This document shows, one piece after another, positions 12,901 to 25,258 of a stretch of 64,000 nucleotides of DNA. Position 1 is the first letter of the stretch. Each line of letters begins with the position of its first letter. The stretch is from NCBI GenBank assembly GCA_002633005.1, contig NMRA01000154.1, forward strand, positions 688,948 to 752,947, in the 5' to 3' direction. This DNA is from Phoronis australis. Its lineage: Eukaryota > Animalia > Phoronida. The translations under genes and the position numbers were made by a program. The notes under the pieces are model-generated. The model ran no database searches, was not told where the DNA came from, and was given only the letters and a program-made list of their open reading frames with translations.

Positions 12901-15900
12901 CTCAACGTTTCATTTTATTCGCCGAACATTCCCTCGAGCAATAATGAACTATCTCTACAAGCCCAGGCCTCTCATCTGTTTCGACTAAGGAAGTTGATGC
13001 CAAGAACAATTGCGAGAGTGCTTCAGTTCATGCCTCGTGATTATGATAATGTTGACACGATACAAATTTGATCCCTAGGCCTACTTGCAAACGGATAACT
13101 CCCTCCGATTGTAGCGTCAGGCGTTTCTTGGGTCGAGTTCAGCTGTGAGGATGTTGTCTCGTTTGACGTTGTCGTCGATGGTGCTTCGGTTGTAGCTGAA
13201 AATACAGGACAATCTTGATGTAATGGCACACATTACCAATTTGTGACCGACTGGTCGGTATGGAGTCGACGACCGGTCGTCGTTGGTATACGTCTAGTTG
13301 TCACTCTAGCCATTACTGAAATATCGCGCCTCATTCTGGTTAGTTGTCGCGGTTGTAGGTGGGATTTCATATATTACCAATTTGTATCCGACTGGTCGGT
13401 ATGGAGTCGACGATCGGTCGTCATTGCTATACGTCTAGTTGTTACTCTAGCCATCCGTGAAATATCGCTCGTTCTGGCTAGTTGTCACGGTTGTAGGCGG
13501 TCTTGTAATCATCATCGTCATGTGTCGTCGTTCATGTCATGGTCGACGTCATGGTCATCAGCGGGGCAGCAAGGCAGCTAGTTAACCCCCTGCCCCTCGA
13601 TAACCCCACTGGTGGCGCGGTTGACGTTCCCTCAATAACTTGCAGAATTGTTCTAGGTGGGAACCGGCGGTATTCTGAACTTAGTGACGGTATGGAAGTG
13701 GCAGAATGTGTTGGCGACCGAGGCAGAGGGGTTAGATCTAGGCCTACAGTCGCCGCCGTTGTGGCTTTTACGGTAACAGTCAAAATCATTGTGGTCGTCG
13801 TCCTTGCTCTCGTTATGACAAAGATTTTCTGTAGTCGATGTCGTAGTGTTGCCATTGTCTCCGACCACGTGGTGTCGGCGATGGCAACGATAACAAAGCA
13901 CAACGACGATGAGGACAAAATAAGGATGACAATGACACCGAAGCAATAAACGATGGCGAAAATGGCCAAGAGTGACGATGACGATTATAGCAAAGAGGAT
14001 GAAAGCGTTGAAGATATCGATTCTATGGTGATCACCACATTGACAACTATATAATAACTGGTTCGCGTCAACTGACGATAATAAACTAAAAGTGGTCAAC
14101 GGTAAACACAAGGATGACAAAATCACCGTGAAGTTTATTGTAAAACATGGTCAACATCTTGGTGACTGTATACTGAACTTACGCGCCTGACCGTCAGTTA
14201 TTACGGTGACTTCTACTGACGCCGTTGTAACCCCGATAGGTCGCGAGTTTGTCGCCGTCAGGACAACAGTGTACGTTGTCCCGGGAATAAGGCCGGTGAT
14301 GGTTTCGTACATGCTTGTTTTGGTCGAGTTAGACACTAAGTTGTCTTTCCATACCCTGAAAATGAGTGAACGATGGCAATTAATGATAATTGCGGCACTA
14401 AATGTTAACCTTTTGAGTCCTAAAATCCTGTGTGCAGAATTTGACAAGCGTTGACTTTGCTGCGGTTGTTATTTAGTCAGATTATCTTAACTTCATCATA
14501 AGGAAGATGAAACGTTGAATGTACATTCAAACTTCAACACTCCCCCATACATGCTTCAGGCGGTCACCGTGAACTTTCAGTACCCCGACCAAGCCAAAGC
14601 ATTATAGTATTTCGGGTTTGTGGTCGGTTAAAAACCATCAGTCTCTCTTAAGTTTTTTTTCTAAAAACGCCACAACTTCAACAATACAGTTCAACTTGAC
14701 AACTAACATGGTCGAGTAAGATACATATTCTATCTTGAACGTCTGTTGGAAGCCGCCGTCTTTTCCCGCGCGCCACACCACGTCAATGGAAGAGCCCTCA
14801 ATCATGTCATATCCTGCAGGAGTAGCGCTCAAAAACGGTTTCTCCGGTGGCCCTGAAAGAAAAGTAGTGCTCTGAATCAATCGAGAGGCCTCGTAGTCGC
14901 AAGTGCATTCGTAATCAAAATATATAAGCTGTTATCATCGCGCACGGTTCACAGGATTTATTGGCGAAATTTAAAGCGGCATTTCGCCCTCGATAACACG
15001 CACTGTTGAATTCTTAACCGAAGATCTTTGAGACTTGAAACTGATACCACGCTGATCCTAACTGTTGCGGAATGAGCTAGCAGTTCAGGCCACAGGCAAC
15101 ACGTACAAAGACCATTTAGAATTCGAAATTTTAGGGTTCGGCAACCCCAGTAAATTTTGAAACTTTTTTGAGTCGCTGATGTTTTTCGATATTCTTTTTG
15201 GTAACGAAAAGGAATATTGCGACATTGATCTTATGAGAGTGGAAGGCCTAATTCGATTATCGAATGGCGCGAAATGCAGTTTTAATGGTCATCAAACAAC
15301 CGTCAAGATATCCTGCAAATAAAAATATTCATGAAAAATCTCCAGACGCGGTAATTTGTTTTGGGACAAAACTTCGTTACAAAGTTGTGATACCTGTTTT
15401 GAAAAAGCTTGTAAAAGAACTCTAACTGTAATCTGAAATCAGTAATTTTACGGGACTGAAATATGGAATTCCAGTTTTCATACCATATTACTTTGACGTG
15501 TGAGCATGGATACAACGAAGTTCATTTGAAAAATTCTATAGATTATGACACGTGGCATCTGTACAAAACGTCCAAAGTGTTTCCGAAACAGTGGTGAGGT
15601 ACTCCTGAGGCTGGTATTACAAAGTTATTCATCAAGTCCGTGTTCAGTAGGATTTAAAAACTCAACGAGGCCATTTTAAGACATTTCATGAAACAAAAAT
15701 CTAAACTGAAAAATTTATTAATTTTAGACCATGCTTTAGTCACGGTAAGCTTAAAAAGCATACCGAACCCTGTGTTGATTTCAAGCAATCTTCGTTCAGT
15801 AACCTGATGATGGGTCATTGGCGTCAACCTCGCAAGTTAAAAGCAGGAATCAACTAAAAATCATACTTCCTATCTCACAAATTGGATATTATGGTCCTTG

Positions 15901-17360
15901 GTGGGTAGTCTTTCCCCACAGTTACCGTGCAATTCGATAAAAGCGTGGGTCACGCTTGCCCGTTTAGCAGGCCTTGAAAGGAGTTTTTAAATTTTCCTCC
16001 AAACCTTTCAGGGTTGTCGAGGGTTACAAGTTATTATTTTGTTTCAGAGAACTGGAATGGAAATTTATTTTTAGTACCTGTTAATAGGCCAAATATTAAT
16101 TTTGTGGACATTTTGAATTTTGTATCAGAACTTTAGCGCATTTAGTAGCCGAAGGATTTCCCAGGAGGTTTCGTGGTTATATACGTGTTCGTTGTAGATA
16201 GGTACAAAACACAGTCATCTTTCTTGCTGAGGCAGAACGGTGAAGGAGAGGTGGAGCGAGCGATTTTACAACTCAACTTGAACATTGAAAGTGTGATGTA
16301 TCCAGCTATCTCATGGCTCAAATTAAGTATCAAAAGTGAGATATACAAGCTATTTTAGGACTCAAATTGAATATTGAAAGTGAAATATAGCGAGTTATCT
16401 CATGACTCAAACTGAATATTGAAATTGAGATAGAGAAGCAATCTCATGACTGAAATTAAGTATTAAAAGTGAGTTATACAAGCTATTTTATGAGTCAAAT
16501 TGAACATTGAAAGTGAAATGTATTGAGCTATCATATTGATTAATATTGAATATTTAGAGTGAGATATATCGAGTTATTTCGTGATTCAACTATTCCTCGA
16601 GTAATTCACTAGGTAATGCAGTGGTTCAATCGATTTCATCTCTAAGAGCGGGGTCTGTGTGAAAGCCTCTTCGATATTTGGGCTTGTTATATCATTAAAG
16701 TCGTCGAGCAAATTTCCAAAATGCTATGCATATGTTTCACCTAACGCCTTGCAAAAGTTTCAAAATAGTTTCGCAACGTGGTCTCCCGGGGCCTCACACG
16801 AAAAAGAATTTCAAAGTTTTGCTTCAATATTTTTCAGAGGTTAAACTTCTTGGCGATATGTATTTTAAAGAAGTTCCTTGCCATTATTCCAACTCCCGGG
16901 GTATGTTATAATGGATCATACATTTATTTCGTGAGCCAGAAATGACGCGAGCAGGCGCGTGTTGCGATATGGACCCTATAATAATGGACTGCCACGTATA
17001 TGTCTTACCAAATCCAAGATCATGCCAGATCCAGCCCGAGGCCTGTTCCGTGGTGATTGCTTGTACGTCTTTTTCATGCTTTGTGTTGATGTAACACGTC
17101 AAACCTTGCCCGTCATAATTGACAGAAGAGCATTTCCCCGTCATCTTGTATTCGAAGACGCACAATGTCACGCAGTGGTCTTCGCTGACGGAGTACCTTG
17201 TGTAGCCGCTACCGGCAGCGTTCGTCGCGCGGTAATCCTTTAACGAGCTTACAGGGGTGACGATTCCGTTGATCGTCTGTCCATGGAACGTGGCTTCAGC
17301 GCAGAAGATTCCGAGCAAAAAAGTGCTACAGAAAAACGCTGCATCAAATTTATTGGCCAT
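9931..17360 (-). CDS. Gene A: secreted PAN/apple + fibronectin type III + CASPR/neurexin-IV-type fibrinogen-like domain protein (~451 aa, 7 exons)
   Basis: Exons (-): 17009-17360, 14708-14852, 14183-14355, 13085-13195, 12378-12520, 11682-11961, 9931-10082. All introns GT-AG, phases 1,2,1,1,0,1, total 1356 nt in frame. Signal peptide MANKFDAAFFCSTFLLGIFCAEA; PAN DHCVTLCVFEYKMTGKCSSVNYDGQGLTCYIN; FN3 GPPEKP..IDVVWRAGKDGGFQQTFKIEY..ITGLIPGTTYTVVLTATNS; linker PTTEAPSTTTS; fibrinogen-like CSMY..SGQYYIDPDG...PFLVSCDM..HD...CSQFVRKNC...YWGGSNPTDGHCACKAQFTCPTCNCD...DEGDLTTKNDLPVT..LGPLKCNN*. Confidence 0.88.
10628..10875. repeat. 58-bp tandem repeat (3 good + 1 degenerate copy) in last intron of gene A
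   Basis: GAACTATCTGACCACT..ACGCCACCATCTGGACACGG.GAGATACGTAAGAC at 10628, 10686, 10744, ~10811. Confidence 0.85.
13233..13500. repeat. ~140-bp tandem duplication within a triplet-rich intron of gene A
   Basis: ATTACCAATTTGT..CCGACTGGTCGGTATGGAGTCGACGA.CGGTCGTC...ATACGTCTAGTTGT.ACTCTAGCCAT occurs twice. Confidence 0.8.
16260..16590. repeat. ~44-bp minisatellite, ~7-8 copies, intron 1 of gene A
   Basis: Repeated GCTATCTCATGACTCAAATTGAATATTGAAAGTGAGATATA. Confidence 0.8.
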
Positions 17361-18333
17361 CTTAATTTTCAGATCTGGCCCCCTCGAAATGTGCGCTAAG
17401 ACTGTCCGTTCCCTCGTAAGACGCGCAACCAATTACCATGCCAATGAATAACTGCTGTCGATAGTCTTTTGTTGTAAGAATGCTGTGTTTGCAAACATCA
17501 TTGTGGGGGTATAGGGCCACTAATTAAACGATTGGGCCAATGTAGGCATACAACAGTCGATAGTGATTAAAACTGGCCGAGGCCAGATGGAAAACAATAG
17601 AGAAATCGATAAACGAACAGAAGGATGAAATAGTGCATTTTGTGAAGAAACAATGTGAATAAATGACCAACAGTACGATGGTTGGTGCTGTTGTACCCAG
17701 AATACTGGATGGCGTGCACTTGTCTGGGGGAATTTCCTGGAGGTGGCGCGCTCGACCAACAATGTATGGTGTAGTTGGTGTTGTCACTAATATTCAAGAC
17801 AAAATTGTCTTCTTATCGCTAAGATGCTCGGAAATAAAGGTCATAGGCCTATCGTAAAATATTCTTGAAAACTGTGCGCATGCGTGAACGTGATGAACAT
17901 GTCATCGGGCTTGAAGCATATAGTGTCATCAAGGAGTGTACTCCTTGGTGTCATGATGTCTTTGAATATCTTGATTGCATTAAAAGCTGACAAGAAGACG
18001 CTTGCATCGTTTCTTTCTACTATATACGCCATGGTACATTTAGCCCCCGTTAAGATGACAGTGCTAAATTCTTAACCAAAACGGTTCGCAGTTGAAAAAA
18101 CTGTACGTGACGCTCAACCTATGTTAAGTTATTCAGCCGAATGAACCACTAACTCCATTCACAGTCAATGCGTATAATGCGACAGTGTCGAATTCGCTAT
18201 TTTAGGGTTGACTAACGGCAATGAAGTCTGAAGTGTTTGCTCGAGTCGCTGGTGGTTTCGACGTTATTGTTGGTAACGGGAATGGAATCATATCAGAGTA
18301 AGAACGACTTAACGAGAGCAAAAAGCCTAATTC

Positions 18334-18464
18334 CAGGGGCGGATCCAGAATTTTGAGTTAGAGGGGCCAGGGCAGAGTATTAGCCAGGGTTTTGCCAAAT
18401 GGAATCTGGGAGAATTTTAGGGTGGGCATGGCTACCTTGCCCACCCACCTTAAATCCTCCACTG
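18334..18464. mobile_element. MITE, CAGGGGCGGAT TIR family, 5-bp TSD AATTC
   Basis: CAGGGGCGGATCCAG...TAAATCCTCCACTG; AATTC on both sides; inverted copy of the 21041/24167 subfamily. Confidence 0.8.
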
Positions 18465-19890
18465 AATTCGATTTTTGTTAATTTCAGTCAGTTAAACGGG
18501 CAATATGCAGCTTTACCGTATATCTGATGTCTAGTACGCTGTCCATAAAATACAGATATGTTGTATAATCGTATTTTGCATTATTATCTAATTAGAATAG
18601 AAAGGAAAAAAACGACTCGCGAAATATGTTAATTGGCAGTCAGTGCACTAATTAGAAGCAATTGATCCGAAGCGCGAAATCTAATAGCCGGGCACAAAGC
18701 TGAACTCGACCAAGTAGAGCTCCGAACCTTGATGTCTAGTTCTATCTTTTAAAACCGGTGTGTTTTAATTTGTCGTGTTCGCCTATCATCTATGTTTACG
18801 TTACAGGGCTGCATCTGACGCGAGAGATGTGCTTAAGTTGTGGTCAAAAGGATGGAATTGCATGTGAAATTTTTATATTGGAATCTGGTACAATTGATCG
18901 ATGTCGAATTGGATAACACTATACGTTAACTGGTATACAAAGAAACTGTGTGAAATCGATGTGGTCGAGAGAATAACATTGCGAAGAGTAATTGTCACGT
19001 GACTTTGTATACGCCTATTGTCAAAGTGTGTGAGAATCACTATCCTTTCGTTAATCAACTGTTTCCTTTATTACTATCAAACTCATATTTTTCGGAAAAC
19101 CAAAGCTAAAATGCCAAACAAATGAATCACGCAAGTATTTGTTTGTCATGACTTACCGTTATCGGTTTGAACAATTTACGGAGGCAGATTAATGCGAAAC
19201 ATGACTGTGCTCTTGATTAATACTCAAGGGTGAAAAGATTTTAGTTTACCTCAGATGCCATTCATGTTGGCCAAAGTATTACAATTAATTGATGGAGTAA
19301 ACAAAAATCTATATGAATTTTCTTGTTTTTATTAACAAACAATCAAAGATATGTAATAAAACGAAAGTGATGCGAAGGCTCACTGTTACTAATACGGCAG
19401 GGTTTCCCGTAGGCGTACATGTATGTATTTCAAAAATTATCCTCAAAAACCCAGTTCATAAAGCTGATAATCCGGGAATTTACTAGCCTAGAAAATCAAA
19501 AACAAAACCCGATTAGTTCAATACATCGATCCTGTGACATTTACCTCAATCGATCTCTGATAGCGAGTGACGAATGTTCGCAAACAAAACACGCACGATC
19601 GAGAGACTAACGACAATGGTGAATTGCTTTTGTGAATATCGTTTTCGAAAATGAAGTGACGATGACAAAATTGTTTTGAGTTCCCAAATTTAAAACAAAG
19701 GGGTGCGAACAGAAGAATTAATCTAATGGAGAAAATATTAATTCATTGACAGAATATATGTTGACTTTACACTTGCGCCGTCTGTTGCCTCCAGGAAGCT
19801 TCCGCTCAATCGTCTGCTACCTGATGGGCTCAGTGAGCACCTAGAAAATGAGAATTAGCGCTTAGATTTTTGAGGAGGCAGTATAGTATT

Positions 19891-20720
19891 ACGGTGGCCC
19901 ACCGCTGTCAAGGTAAATTTAATTTAATTCCTAAGAAAACAGTATAATTTTAAAAGAAAAGAAAAGAAAAGTATTTTAAAAAGAAAACATCTTCAATCTG
20001 ATTGAAAACAATTTTGAAAATATTTTAAAAAGGACAAGCAATTGGAAAGTAAAACGTGTTTAAAAGGAACATCTGAATATAAATTAAGCTTAGAAATATT
20101 CTGAAAGTAAAACAAGTTTAAAAACGAAAACATTGACAGGAAAACGTGTTTAAAAAGAAAATCTGATGTAAAAACAACTTAAAAATGTTTTGAAAGTAAA
20201 ACATTCTTAAAAAGTATAGTGTTTTAATTTCAAAAAAAAATCACATTTAAAAACAAAACTCGTTCACTTTTTGTTTCCACTTTCAAATGATTTAAAATGA
20301 AAGCAGCCTCTGGCAGCCACAGCACATCATTGATGGGTTTTAGATTTTGGTGTTCATTCACTGTCAATTATCACAGGAATGTAGGTCTTTTTGTGCCCAT
20401 ATGTACAATAATTAAGATGTGTTTGGAAACAGAAAGTTAATGAGCTGTACTAAAATCATTTAAAATGTAGAACCGAAAGGCAAAACACTTTGCTTGTAAT
20501 AGTGATTTTATGTTCACTTTAACTTTAAAATTGAATTAGTTAGAATTTTAAAATAGTTTTGACAGAATTTTTTTTGATAATGTCAAAAATATTTTAATTT
20601 TTTTAAAACAAAAATATTTTTGAATTTGTTTTAAGTCAGTTTTTCTTTTTAAACATCTTTTGATTTCAAAATACTTTCATTTTTAATATTAATTTTATCT
20701 TAGCAGCGATGGGCCACCAG
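19891..20720. mobile_element. AT-rich foldback element with CGGTGGCCCA.CGCTG termini
   Basis: ACGGTGGCCCACCGCTG at 19891 vs CAGCGATGGGCCACC at ~20704-20718; A-rich left arm mirrored by T-rich right arm. Confidence 0.6.
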
Positions 20721-21040
20721 AGCAAATAATTGGGACCCCCAAAAATGTCCTGGTCACTAGTTGCATTGGCAAATGATAAATGTTCTGTAGACTTTTCTCT
20801 TTGTTACATTTTCTCGACTACCTCTAGGCCTACGCCTATGCCGGTCCTTGCGATTTCTCTTGGACGATGCAAAAAATTCTTGAGGGCGCTTCTTAAGGTT
20901 GTCTGAAGCAAATTATCGGCGTTTCTAATGCTAGTAAGGAACAAAATGAGGCCAATTTTTAACTTCATCTCACCTAAATCATTTTGTCTGATTGTGACAG
21001 AACTGAAGGGCGGATTTAATTCCCGACGGCTAAACCAACC

Positions 21041-21199
21041 CAGTGTCGGATTTAGAAGGGGCCAAGGGGGCCATGCCTCCCCTAAAATTCTCCCAGATTC
21101 TATTTGGCTGTTCGGGGTTGCGAATTTCTCACGGGCAAAATCCTGGCCAATACTCTGCCCTGGGCCCCCTCCTAACTCAAAATCCTGGATCCGCCCCTG
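21041..21199. mobile_element. MITE, CAGTG(T/G)CGGAT TIR family, 5-bp TSD CAACC
   Basis: CAGTGTCGGATTTAG...CCTGGATCCGCCCCTG; CAACC at 21036-21040 and 21200-21204. Confidence 0.85.
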
Positions 21200-21444
21200 C
21201 AACCCTTTCAGAATTTGACGGCTCTCAATTATAAATGTTGACGCCATGTCAATATCCAGTATGATAGGCTTAGTCAACAATATTCTTGTTCGCAGTAAGT
21301 GCCGGGAAATGGCAGTGAAGGGCAGGCCGATTTTGCGTTCACCCTGAATCTGTCCGCGCTATCTATCGTTCATTCACCTAACTAAGTTGCCCCTGAACAC
21401 AAAGTTCTCATCTCCTATACGTACATGTACTTAACCACCACCGC

Positions 21445-24400
21445 TCATTTTGCGTCCGTTTGCACGTTTACTTCAGTATAGACTTCGTACTCGCCGGTGG
21501 GTCGTGAGTTTGTAGCCGTCAACGAAATGTAATAGGAGGTATCTTTATTCAGACCCGTGATGGTGGTCATCTTGGTTTCGCCCTTGTTTGCTACTAAGTT
21601 GTCTTGCCATAATCTATAGTAGAATTACAAAATTGCATTGCAGGGAAAAATGAAGAAAGTCATGTATCAATCAAGGAACTTGCATTTCACTTACAATTTA
21701 TAGTCCACTGTGTTTTTGATAAATTCTCGAACCTTTAAACAGTAAAGGAAACGCCAGACATTCAAGGCTTCAAAACATGAAATATTGCGGTTGGTTATAC
21801 TGCCCGAAGTCTATAATTGCATTTTTCGCGCGTAGGCTGCTCAGTCCTGAAATACAATTTGCAGTCGATTAGAATCACCGGCAACGAGGGTTGTGAAATA
21901 TCATCTATTCCTTATGTTCATGTGTTCAGTCAGTACATTAAAATGCAAAATGGAAGTTCTAAAAAAATTTGACGGACCCAGATGAGCACTAGGAGTAGAT
22001 CGACCGGCACTAGAAATGCAACTGCGGTGCTAAGTGCACCCGATAGCAGCGCTGTCGCTTCAATCTTCAACGTGTTCTGGTGCTGTGATGGTGGCGCCAT
22101 CTATAAACAGACATGATACTTACTGATACGAAGATGACCAATCATCCCAGTTGATGTATTCCAATTTAAATGTCTGTTGAAATCCGCCATCGAATCCCGG
22201 GCTCCACGTCACATTGACGGAAGCACCCGAAGCCGGGTGGTATCCGGCGGCCGTCACAAATAATTGTGGTTCTGTGGGAGGTCCTGCATAACCAAAGATA
22301 GTTGTTATTTAAAGCTGCAGCCCCTTTTAGGTGGCAAAATACGTAAGTCGAATTAGGCGCTATATTCTCATCAAATCAGCTTCATTACTTGCCTTACTGT
22401 ACTGCAGTCATAGACAATGCATTCATGTGTCACTTTCGAATTCGCAATTTTGAGTTGGCCAACCCCAACAAAACTGGACTGAGGAGTTCGGCCTTGAGTC
22501 TTTGTTATGTTTTTTCAAATATAAATTAACGATACGAAAACAATTTAACAGGCACCAGAATACACTTGATATGACTAAGTTCTGGAAAGTTATTGAAAGA
22601 GGCCTCGTACACCCCCTTCGGATGACCCGACTCCCATGAATCTTCCGGGGTGTCTATGGTGAGGCATTTGAGCGTATGCGTTCTAAAATCCACGAAAATT
22701 TTTCCACTGAAATATATAGATTTTATAGATCTCGCTTCTCAAAATGCAGAAAACGGTCATGTTGTACATGTAGAGTACTCGACATATCAAGGGTTCATAA
22801 CTTTGATAATGATTTGTTTCAACGTCCACAAAAATTGACTCTGAAGATGTATTTGCATTCTGTTAACTCTGCTAATGCATGGCAGGAACTAAACGACAAT
22901 GCTATTATTTAAACATCATCCACGCTAAACAAAGTGCAGTTATATTCACTGACAACTTGTAAATGTGGAAACAAAAAAATCTACAAATACGTGACCTTTG
23001 CACCAATGACGTACCTTGGGGGCTCACATGGCCCTCAACATGCAGTGTCATTCCCTAATACCGCCACGTCACGATACTTATTGGACACGGTTGAGTGAAC
23101 TATGGCGGATCATTTTCGACACAAAACTCGTTCTTAAAAACATTTGGGAATTTTCAATCTACTTCATATTCACATCGTTACGTTTCTAATTGACCAAGCA
23201 ATCACATAGAAAACCACAATGCAACATTCTGACCCATTTTCAATAATTATGGCGGCGTCGCAACTCCGCTATTAGCCTGTAAGTTTCACTTTACTAAGTG
23301 TTCAATTCATAAAGGATTTCTTCTAACAATAAACAACTCGTGCCCAAATTTTATCAAGTTTCATTGAATTTTGATGCAGATTGAAATCTACATCATTGTT
23401 CTTCCAAACAGCAAAGTCCATAGATGATTTTCGTCAACCCGGAGTAACTAATGGGGGTATCTAGGATACCGCACGCGGGAACGGTAAACCGCAATTTTCG
23501 AAGGCAAATGTATGCGTAGAACTTAACTTCGCCTATGGATAATGCCAGGAAGAGATGTCTCTTCCCGGTAACTCTAAAAATTTGCTGATGGAACCTTAGC
23601 TCGAGTCATTCGGACTTGTGTACTCATTTGGCTTAAACAAGGCTTGTCCTTTCGAACACGAAAGAATGAATGTCTCGAAAACAACAGCACACATTTCCAG
23701 AAGATTCAAATAAAAGATTACCCTTTGTGGAAAAATGTAAAAAAGAAAATGAAGACTTGAACATGTTGCAAAAGCCACCCATATAAAGTCATGACATTAA
23801 AAGTCATGCATTTTCTACCAGCACTGAAAATTAAGCGATGGAGTTTTTAAGAGATAGTGTGACGCTTTACGCTTCATTCTAAATAAAAACTTCGTAAAAC
23901 GTAAGTTGAGTCAAAAGTTAAGCCCAAGTAAAGTTCATTCGACACAACTCCAATTTTTTTCAAACTTAACTGAATTTATTCCACTTTTTCAACTTAGTTT
24001 TTATTTTTGGCGGTGAATCACCTCCTAGTAAAATAGCTATTGTAAAGCGCGGCAGTTGACTCATGCCTTATGAGTAGTCTTTCAACTCCCGCCAGAAGTA
24101 CCAAGGTTTCCGCGGAAATCTCCGCCAACTTAAGGGCATCTTAAAAGTGTTTTTGTTGACCATTATCAGTGGCGGATTTAGAGGGGGCCAATGGGGCCGT
24201 GGCCCCCCTAAAATTCTCCCAGATTCCATTGGGCAGTTTGGGAGTGCTAATGTCTGACAGGCAAAATCCTGGCTAATACTCTGCCCTGCCCACCCTCTTT
24301 ACTCAAAATCCTAGATCCGCCCCTGATAATACCAGGAGCCAGAGTCTAATTTTTGTATTGTGTAAGCTAAGTCGGACAAGAAATGTATGTCCTTTTTGGC

Positions 24401-25258
24401 AAAATCTCATTTGCTCTTTTGTGCTAATTTAAGATAAGTGGATATTATCCTTTTCTCGAGGGGCTTCTGGAAAAGTATAGTTTTGCATTCACAAAATTGA
24501 CTTATTGAATTTAAAAATCTAGTAAATTAGTACGCTCCAAAGCTTTGTTTTACAAATTTTCTCGCTTTTCGAAATATATGTGTGAATGATTACGTGCACG
24601 ACCTGTGCTGCAAAAGCGGAAACCCTAACAACAATGTCCTGGCTAGGGTCCTCAAAAGGTAAACCATACACTGATACAGAGTTGTAAAATGTTCTCTTGA
24701 ATTTTCTCTCTTATCCGTATTTCGCAGTATTTCTTTTCTCGACTGTCCCCGACCCCACGCCTATTTCGGTTTCCCCGGTTTAATCCTGACCCCCTCCCCG
24801 CCTTACTACGGTCCTGGTTAAACATTCCGTTTGTGTCCTGGTATGGAAATTCACATATAATGCTGTTTTTAAAGAACTCAGTATGCCATGGTGTACAAAC
24901 CAAATCCAAGGTCGTAATGTATCCAGCCAGTTGCGCTTTCATACTCAATGGACCAATCGTCTTCATAATGGAGGTTGTTGATGTGGCACTCAGCAAGGTT
25001 CGTGTCGTAGTCGGCTGACGAACACTTGGCACCCATTCTGTACTCGAAGACGCACAAAGTAACACAGTGGTCAGCGCTGACTCCACTCCGTTTGTACCCG
25101 CCAGGCCCAGCATTTGTCAGGCGAGTGTTTTTTCCAGTATACAAGGGTGTAACCACGCCTGTGGCAGTTTGTCCGTAAGACGCAGAAAGGACGCAGACGG
25201 CATTGAGCGAGAGAACACCGACCAGCGCGGGAAAAGATGAAGCTTGGTTCATCCTCAT
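21445..25258 (-). CDS. Gene B: secreted PAN/apple + FN3 protein, tandem paralog of gene A lacking linker and fibrinogen-like domain (~228 aa, 3 exons)
   Basis: Exons (-): 24901-25258, 22124-22283, 21445-21613; GT-AG introns with the same phases (1,2) as gene A; 687 nt in frame. Signal peptide; DHCVTLCVFEYRMGAKCSSADYDTNLAECHIN; GPPTEPQLFVTAAGY..VNVTWSPGFDGGFQQTFKLEY; LWQDNLVAN..TITGLNKDTSYYISLTATNSRPTG..VQTDAK*. Confidence 0.82.
24167..24325. mobile_element. MITE, CAGTGGCGGAT TIR family
   Basis: Near-identical structure to 21041-21199; flanks ATTAT/ATAAT. Confidence 0.8.

Noticed and set aside
13243-14126. Overlapping 112-157 aa ORFs on both strands with hydrophobic stretches
   Set aside because: Arise from degenerate (CAT/CGT/GAC)n triplet sequence in an intron of gene A; no domain similarity.
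19770-19842. Possible further coding exon of gene B
   Set aside because: Good acceptor, but gene B exon 3 already has an in-frame stop and there is no homology to the gene A linker or FBG exons; at most a UTR exon.
20804-21280. 158-aa ORF, and similar ORFs at 27746-28331, 33091-33412, 7970-8303
   Set aside because: They run through GC-rich MITEs; no protein family signal.
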